In this document: piece by piece, positions 46,692-52,470 of the stretch
Layout of the letters: each line of letters begins with the position of its first letter
Position numbering within the stretch: position 1 is the first letter of the stretch
Source: an uncultured Candidatus Saccharibacteria bacterium
GTDB lineage: Bacteria > Patescibacteriota > Minisyncoccia > Phycocordibacterales > WO2-35-19
NCBI GenBank assembly: GCA_964601125.1
Contig: CAZRKB010000002.1
Coordinates: 1 to 52,470, forward strand
Length of the DNA: 52,470 bases
Reading direction: 5' to 3'
Notes under the pieces: model-generated
Told to the model about the DNA's origin: nothing
What the model saw: the letters and a program-made list of their open reading frames with translations, nothing else
Database searches by the model: none
Translations under genes and position numbers: made by a program

Positions 46692-49600
46692 ATGTATAGC
46701 ATTAGTGATAAAAAAATAGTTTTCAATCGCAAGTCTGCCTTTTCCGCGGCCCTTGCTTTTGTTGTATTTGCTACTCAGTTTTTGGGTGTCTATGCTGAAG
46801 CCTATGCTTCTCCTCTAAATCAGTGTCCAGTTATTGCTGAGACTTTCTTTAGTAGCGGTACTGATACAAAGTTGCAGGACGGGACTTCTGCTGTTGCCAC
46901 TTACAACGAGCATCCATTTTGGACAGCAAACATCCCAGGCGCTACGTGGGTGTGGTCGTCTTATTATGTGGAAGATCCATTAGTGGTTACCGCTAAAACA
47001 TTTGTTAAAACTTTTGAGGTTTCGAATACTGCGAGCGTTGAGAGTGCTACGATTACCATGGCCGCCGACAACACCTACAGGGTTTTTGTGAATAATGTTT
47101 TAGTTGCTGAAGACCTTACTGAGTTTAACTATTACACCGAAAAAACTTTCGATCTAAAATCGTATGTGTCATCTGGGGTTAATACTGTTCGTTTTGAGAT
47201 TACAAATATTACTAACCCTCTCGCACAAACAAAAGAATCAAATCCAGCAGGATTACTCTACAGGATAGACCTATCTACTAAAGAAAGTAATTGTGGAGAG
47301 AATCCGGCTAATAATCCGCCAATTATCACATTAATTGGCGCAAATCCATTGCGTTTAGATACTGGCACTACGTTTGTAGATCCGGGTGCGACTGCAAATG
47401 ATGCAGAAGATGGCGACATAACAGCAAACATAGTAAAGACAGGTACAGTCAATACTTCTACTGTTGGCACCTACACAATTAATTATTCAGTCACTGATTC
47501 GGGCGGGCTTTCTGCCTCAACTACCAGGCAGGTCATTGTTTCTGATCCGTATGTTCCGCCGGTAGTCAATCAATGCACCATTGATTTTTATAGTGAACCA
47601 AGCGATCAGGTTGAGGGTGGCGGTATGGCTTTTGCTACTTATAAAAATCATCCAGACTGGACAGTTTCAATCCCAGGTGCGACTTGGATATGGAGTAGCT
47701 ACCTTGTTGAAAATTCACTTGTCGATGATACGAAAATTTTTGAAAAGAGATTTAATATAGCTACTACCTCTACTGTAAATTCGGCGATTCTCACCATGGC
47801 TGCTGACAACTCCTATACCGTTTCTGTAAATGGTATTCAGGTTGGGGCTGATGCTACTGAGTTTAATTACAAAGAAGAAAGCAAAGACATTTACAATGTT
47901 ACTTCTTATATAAATAATTCCGCAAACAGGATTTCTTTTACTGTAAAGAATTGGGGTGTAGCCAGTTCTACTCCCCAAACCAATCCAGCCGGTCTTTTGT
48001 ATAAACTTTCTGTAACTGTTTCTGGAATTGGTGAAAATTGCGATGGGCCTCAGCCAGTAAACACTCCACCTGAAATAACTTTGATTGGAAATAATCCGAT
48101 TAATATATTTGTTGGCGATAATTTTTCTGATCCTGGGGCTACCGCTCTTGATCGTGAAGACGGCGACATAACAGCAAACATAGTAAAGACAGGTACAGTC
48201 AATACTTCTACTGTTGGCACCTACACAATTAATTATTCAGTCACTGATTCGGGCGGGCTTTCTGATTATGAATCAAGGAGTGTTGTTGTTTCTCCCAGAG
48301 GCGGTGGTGGCTCACCAAAACCGACTGTCTCCCTTGTTGCTAACCCTGGCAGCATAATTCTCGGAGCCACAAGTACTTTGAGTTGGACTTCAGGCAATGC
48401 AAATAGCTGCTCGGCTTCATGGACGGTGTCAACTTCTACATCTGGTTCTCAAGCTGTTTCCCCAGCTACTACCACCGATTATGCTATTACTTGTGTGGGC
48501 AATGGCGGATCTGCTACTGCAACTACAACGGTTATTGTCACAGAAGGTTCAAACGGAGGACCTAGATGTACTCTTGAGTTGGTTAGTGACACCAATACAA
48601 CAGTTGAGGGCGGTGTAAAATCTGTCGCTACTTACAAAGACCATCCTTACTGGACTGCAAATATTCCTGGCGCAACATGGATATGGAAAACTTTCTTTAC
48701 AAGTACGCCAACTCAGCAGGAGGTATACACATTTGAAAGAATATTTAATATAAACTCTGAAGTTGAAAGTGCTACCTTAGTGGTTGCTGCTGACAATTCC
48801 TATGTGCTTTATGTAAATGGTCTTAAAATTGGAGAAGATGCAGGAGAATTTAATTATCGAGATGAACAGAAAGATACTTTTGATTTAAAAAATGTTTTGC
48901 AGCCGGGCATAAACAAGATAGAATTTTCTGTAAAGAACTGGGGTGTTGCAGATAGCGATTCACAAACAAATCCAGCTGGTCTTTTGTACAAGCTAACTGT
49001 TGTGGAGAAGGGTGAAAACTGCGATGGTTCCACACCTACTCCGTCGGTCACTCTTAATGCAAATCCTTCATCTATAATAAAAGGAGCTACTTCAACTCTA
49101 TCTTGGGTTGCAAGTAATGTAACTTTCTGCTCAGCTCCTTGGACAAATGCAACATCCACCTCTGGTTCTCAGGAAGTTTCTCCAGCCACCACTACCAATT
49201 ACCAAATATCTTGTGGCGGAACTTACGGTACTACTACAGCCACTACTACTGTTACCGTTAATGCTGACAATGGCGGCGGAACGCTAACCCCCAGCATAAA
49301 TCTCAATGCTAACCCGGCTACTATAAACCCAGGTGCCACATCTACTCTTAGCTGGAATTCTTCCAACACGAACTATTGCTCCGCTCCGTGGACTCTATCT
49401 ACATCCACTTCTGGAACTCAAGAAGTCTCGCCTTCTGCTACTACGGAATATTCTATTGCTTGCGGCGGAATTTACGGTACTACCACAGCCACTACTACTG
49501 TTACCGTTAATACCGACAATGGGGGTGGTGGTTCGAATAACCCAACAGTTTCTTTGTCAGCCGATCCGGGCACAATCATCGTTGGTGGATCATCAACATT

Positions 49601-50672
49601 GACTTGGACATCAAATAATACAAATTCTTGTGCAGCTAGCTGGACCAGTGCTACTTCTACCTCTGGCTCTCAAGTGGTAAACCCTGGTTCCACTACTGAA
49701 TATTCGATCAGTTGTACTGGTAATAATGGTACTGCCAGCGCTACTACTACTGTTATTGTTAACACCAACAATGGTGGGGGAGGAAATGGCGGCGGCGGCG
49801 GTGGGGGTGGAGGGGGTATTGGTGGCAGAAGGAGGGACATAAGCAATTTGCTCGCTCCTCAAGGAGAAGTTTTGGGTGCCACCAGCTGTGCTTACCTTCG
49901 AGATTACTTGAGACGTGATTGGAAGAATGACCCTATAGAGGTATTAAAACTCCAATCGTTCTTAAATGTCTTTGAGAAGGAAAGTTTGTCCTATACATCT
50001 GTCTTTGATGAACCCACTTATCAGGCTGTTTCAAGGTTCCAAAATAAATATTTCTACGATATTCTTGAACCATGGGGTCATGATGCTCCAACGGGGTTTG
50101 TTTATATCCTTACAAAGAAGAAAATAAATGAAATATATTGTAATACGTTGATATCGTTAACACCGGATCAAAAACAAGAAATATTGTCCTTTAGATCTTT
50201 CATAGAAAGTCTTAAGTCACGTGGTGGCTTAGGTTCTAGTTCTTTTGATTCGCAAGTTCTTTCTTCAAAAAATGTCCTTGAAAACAACGCTACCAATACA
50301 GGTATAGTTGTTGTAAACCTTGGTACACCTAATAAAGGGGGTGGCGAAGAAAACAGAGACTCTTCTGTTGTGAAAAACGCCGCGATCTCTCTATTTGGGG
50401 TTGGACAGAGTGTGGCAAATAACAAAAACTATCTCGTTGTAGTAGCCCTCCTGCTCTTAATACTAGGTTTGGGACTTTTGGTAAGAAAATTACTCATGGA
50501 ATCAGAAGATCCCGACGCTATGAATAAATCTATCTCTAGTGATTTTGAAAATAATTCTGTTTCTGGTAAAAATGAATCTCCGGTGATCGTTTTGCCTGGA
50601 GCTGCTTCATCTGAAGATGAATTGCCAGAAGAAGAAATTGTAATTGAGGATGAAGAAGAAAAAAGAGTCTAA
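46692..50672 (+). CDS. Giant surface protein (about 1326 aa). Contents: three jelly-roll/discoidin-like modules, two DUF5011-type Ig domains, five Ig-like repeats, a poly-Gly tract, a PG-binding-like domain, a C-terminal TM anchor and an acidic tail.
   Basis: HP(F/D/Y)WTxxIPGATWxW ... NPAGLLY occurs three times. GDITANIVKTGTVNTSTVGTYTINYSVTDSGGLS occurs twice. ATSTLSW..N...C.A.W repeats five times. TM segment VVVALLLLILGLGLLV. The first ATG is at 46692 (the ORF track starts at TTG 46677). Confidence 0.8.
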   Translation: MYSISDKKIVFNRKSAFSAALAFVVFATQFLGVYAEAYASPLNQCPVIAETFFSSGTDTKLQDGTSAVATYNEHPFWTANIPGATWVWSSYYVEDPLVVTAKTFVKTFEVSNTASVESATITMAADNTYRVFVNNVLVAEDLTEFNYYTEKTFDLKSYVSSGVNTVRFEITNITNPLAQTKESNPAGLLYRIDLSTKESNCGENPANNPPIITLIGANPLRLDTGTTFVDPGATANDAEDGDITANIVKTGTVNTSTVGTYTINYSVTDSGGLSASTTRQVIVSDPYVPPVVNQCTIDFYSEPSDQVEGGGMAFATYKNHPDWTVSIPGATWIWSSYLVENSLVDDTKIFEKRFNIATTSTVNSAILTMAADNSYTVSVNGIQVGADATEFNYKEESKDIYNVTSYINNSANRISFTVKNWGVASSTPQTNPAGLLYKLSVTVSGIGENCDGPQPVNTPPEITLIGNNPINIFVGDNFSDPGATALDREDGDITANIVKTGTVNTSTVGTYTINYSVTDSGGLSDYESRSVVVSPRGGGGSPKPTVSLVANPGSIILGATSTLSWTSGNANSCSASWTVSTSTSGSQAVSPATTTDYAITCVGNGGSATATTTVIVTEGSNGGPRCTLELVSDTNTTVEGGVKSVATYKDHPYWTANIPGATWIWKTFFTSTPTQQEVYTFERIFNINSEVESATLVVAADNSYVLYVNGLKIGEDAGEFNYRDEQKDTFDLKNVLQPGINKIEFSVKNWGVADSDSQTNPAGLLYKLTVVEKGENCDGSTPTPSVTLNANPSSIIKGATSTLSWVASNVTFCSAPWTNATSTSGSQEVSPATTTNYQISCGGTYGTTTATTTVTVNADNGGGTLTPSINLNANPATINPGATSTLSWNSSNTNYCSAPWTLSTSTSGTQEVSPSATTEYSIACGGIYGTTTATTTVTVNTDNGGGGSNNPTVSLSADPGTIIVGGSSTLTWTSNNTNSCAASWTSATSTSGSQVVNPGSTTEYSISCTGNNGTASATTTVIVNTNNGGGGNGGGGGGGGGGIGGRRRDISNLLAPQGEVLGATSCAYLRDYLRRDWKNDPIEVLKLQSFLNVFEKESLSYTSVFDEPTYQAVSRFQNKYFYDILEPWGHDAPTGFVYILTKKKINEIYCNTLISLTPDQKQEILSFRSFIESLKSRGGLGSSSFDSQVLSSKNVLENNATNTGIVVVNLGTPNKGGGEENRDSSVVKNAAISLFGVGQSVANNKNYLVVVALLLLILGLGLLVRKLLMESEDPDAMNKSISSDFENNSVSGKNESPVIVLPGAASSEDELPEEEIVIEDEEEKRV
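47412..47514 (+). repeat. 103-bp perfect direct repeat, copy 1 (partner 48162-48264, offset 750 bp, in frame).
   Basis: Base-by-base comparison of the two DUF5011-like segments. Confidence 0.9.
48162..48264 (+). repeat. 103-bp perfect direct repeat, copy 2.
   Basis: Identical to 47412-47514. Confidence 0.9.
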
Positions 50673-51835
50673 TTTATATCTAAGTTTCCGTTAGCTTCTA
50701 GTTTTAAGTCCATCTTAGTTCCATTTATATAATCGATGTATCCAGCCGCAGCTATCATGGTTGCATTGTCTGTAGACAGAGATTTTTCTGGAAGTAAGAT
50801 TTCAATATCTTTGTAAATATTTTTTAACTGCAAAATGTTTTTTCTAATCTCTTTGTTTGCGATTACCCCTCCGCCAACAATCAAAGTTTTTGGGCTATAA
50901 GTTTCTATCGCTTTTTTTGTTTTTGTAATCAATGTTTCTACTACTGCATCTTCGAATTCCCTGGCTACTTTTAGTTTGTCAATCTGAAAAATACCGTCTT
51001 CTCTCTCGCGCGGATATTTTTCTGCTGAAAAATTCCTCGTGCTCACGCCGTCGCGCTCGCAAGGCTCGTTCGAAGAGGTATTTTGCAGATTTCTTATATA
51101 ATACAACACCGCTGTTTTTAATCCTGAAAAAGAAAAATTTAAATCTCCAGAATGGATCATTGGTCGAGGAAACTTGTGATCTAGGTGTAAATCTTTTTCT
51201 CGCGCTTCTTCTGCCAGGCTAGATATTTTGGGGCCACCAGGGTAGGGGAGGCTGAGCATCCTGGCCACTTTGTCAAAAGCTTCTCCCACTGCATCATCTT
51301 TAGTTTCTCCAATTTTTTCCCTATCTTTCCAATTCTTCAAATATACCAACTCGGTATGTCCGCCACTTATTAACAGAGCCAGCGCTGGAAATATAATTTT
51401 TTCATCTTTCCTTTCAACTTGTATCTTTTTACTTTCAAACTCGTAAGTTTTGAATAAAACTGACGCTATATGTCCGAGCATGTGATTTGCTGGTGTCACT
51501 TTGATTCCGAGTTTTTTTCCCAATTCAGTCGCGAAATTTATACCTGTCCAAAGTGCCGGCTCTAGTCCGGGGCCTACAGTTACAGTTATAAGTTCAATTT
51601 CCTTTTCTTGAACCCCAGCTTTTTCTATGGCCGCCTTATAAACAAGGGGTAAATTTTTAATATGCTCACGCTTAGCAAGCGTAGGGAAGACGCCCCCGTA
51701 TTTCTCGTGTATATCAACCTGGCTATGGAGTGAGCTTCCGAGTAGTTTAAACTCAAGAGACTTTAAATCTCCTTTTGCCTCCACGACACTCACCGCCGTC
51801 TCATCACAACTTGTCTCAATACCTAAAATAATCAT
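50669..51835 (-). CDS. tsaD: tRNA N6-adenosine threonylcarbamoyltransferase TsaD, with an internal insertion of about 40 aa.
   Basis: ILGIETSCDETAVSVV, MLGHIASV, LLISGGHTELV and GGGVIANKEIR. Confidence 0.85.
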   Translation of the reverse strand: MIILGIETSCDETAVSVVEAKGDLKSLEFKLLGSSLHSQVDIHEKYGGVFPTLAKREHIKNLPLVYKAAIEKAGVQEKEIELITVTVGPGLEPALWTGINFATELGKKLGIKVTPANHMLGHIASVLFKTYEFESKKIQVERKDEKIIFPALALLISGGHTELVYLKNWKDREKIGETKDDAVGEAFDKVARMLSLPYPGGPKISSLAEEAREKDLHLDHKFPRPMIHSGDLNFSFSGLKTAVLYYIRNLQNTSSNEPCERDGVSTRNFSAEKYPREREDGIFQIDKLKVAREFEDAVVETLITKTKKAIETYSPKTLIVGGGVIANKEIRKNILQLKNIYKDIEILLPEKSLSTDNATMIAAAGYIDYINGTKMDLKLEANGNLDIN

Positions 51836-51937
51836 TATAGTTGAAGTATAACGATTTTTAACAAAAAATCATCTGGCTGACCAAGGCAAAAGGTTGCTTT
51901 TTGTTTTTTTAGTGGTATAAAAGAGTGGGAGGTTTGA

Positions 51938-52315
51938 ATGAAGCTCAGCGGTTGGATTCTTTGGCGCCTTTTCCTAAGGGAATTAAGGCGGAGTCTTTTT
52001 CCCAACGACAAAGACTGGAAGATTGAAATCAACAAAGCCAAGGGGAAGGCTAAATTTTTGGATGGTTATGAAATGAGTGTTACCCACTGCATCCCTACGG
52101 TAGATGGGTGCTTTCTTAGATTGTTTTGTCATCAAAATCCAGCAGAAGACTATTCAGTGACGGTATTTATGCCTGAAGCAATAAACTGCCAAGGCGGTGC
52201 GGTTAAGGTCGCTTTTTCTGATAAACCGCACGCAAAGCTTTTTGCTATATACAAATCTGGATACGTGAAAAAAGTGGGCACGTACCTTGAGGTGACAAAG
52301 TATGTGAGGGTGTGA
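51938..52315 (+). CDS. Hypothetical protein (125 aa).
   Basis: ORF followed by a terminator hairpin. No recognisable motif. Confidence 0.4.
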   Translation: MKLSGWILWRLFLRELRRSLFPNDKDWKIEINKAKGKAKFLDGYEMSVTHCIPTVDGCFLRLFCHQNPAEDYSVTVFMPEAINCQGGAVKVAFSDKPHAKLFAIYKSGYVKKVGTYLEVTKYVRV

Positions 52316-52326
52316 GTAGATACAAG

Positions 52327-52360
52327 CCTCGCTTGGTTCGTCCGAGCGGGGTTTTGCTTT
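52327..52360 (+). terminator. Rho-independent terminator (cctcgcttgg-ttcgt-ccgagcgggg + ttttgcttt).
   Basis: 10-bp stem (two G-U pairs) followed by a T-rich tail. Confidence 0.6.
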
Positions 52361-52438
52361 GATAAAAATATTTTTTAGCTTTCAACTCTACAACCACAAT
52401 GGCGACCATTGTATGTTTTTACTTGTGGTGTAATTTGT

Positions 52439-52470
52439 TGGCGGAAGGGGTGAGATTTGAACTCACGGTC
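52439..52470 (-). tRNA. 3' part of a tRNA with encoded CCA. The G discriminator and ggaaggg acceptor suggest tRNA-Ser. The type is uncertain because the gene is cut by the window edge.
   Basis: Minus-strand read: gaccgtgag-ttcaaat-ctcac-cccttcc-g-cca (T arm, acceptor 3' strand, discriminator, CCA). Confidence 0.6.

Overview
The window looks like a gene-dense stretch of a small, low-GC bacterial genome. My inference is Patescibacteria/CPR-like. This rests on DUF5652/DUF5667-type small proteins, giant surface proteins with peptidoglycan-binding domains, N-terminally extended RNase J and GroES, and a short RF2 with no frameshift. Recognisable housekeeping genes are galU, prfB, ftsEX, msrB, rnj, secG, groES/groEL, pyrD, valS and tsaD, plus tRNA-Thr(GGT, partial), tRNA-Thr(CGT), tRNA-Gln(CTG), tRNA-Phe(GAA) and one partial tRNA at the right edge.

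The most interesting region is 1-12979. A large serine recombinase on the minus strand (<1..1550) is absent from the supplied ORF track because it runs off the left edge. It sits at one end of a ~12.8-kb segment wedged between two tRNA-Thr genes. The segment is built from two nested pairs of perfect inverted repeats: 106 bp at 60-165 / 1793-1898, and 235 bp at 1896-2130 / 12658-12892. Their shared internal junction (GAG at 1896-1898) is exactly the reverse complement of the circular junction predicted by joining the two outer ends. The cargo is a small membrane protein, two giant (1350 and 1544 aa) LamG / beta-helix / FN3 / PG-binding surface proteins, a wHTH protein, and a ~470-nt GC-rich, highly base-paired non-coding region that I could not assign to a known RNA class.

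Other notable points:
- Two visibly high-GC PEP-CTERM genes bracket groESL.
- A DUF559 cassette carries hairpin-containing terminal inverted repeats.
- An ECF-sigma-linked thiol-redox gene cluster is present.
- Three tRNAs are followed within 1-7 nt by an ATG-initiated CDS.
- Two genes are probably frameshifted.
- A third giant surface protein has a 103-bp perfect in-frame internal direct repeat, and lies downstream of a four-fold TATAAAAGACA motif.

No CRISPR array, rRNA or reverse transcriptase was seen. All functional calls come from reading the translated ORFs against remembered family motifs; no database search was run.
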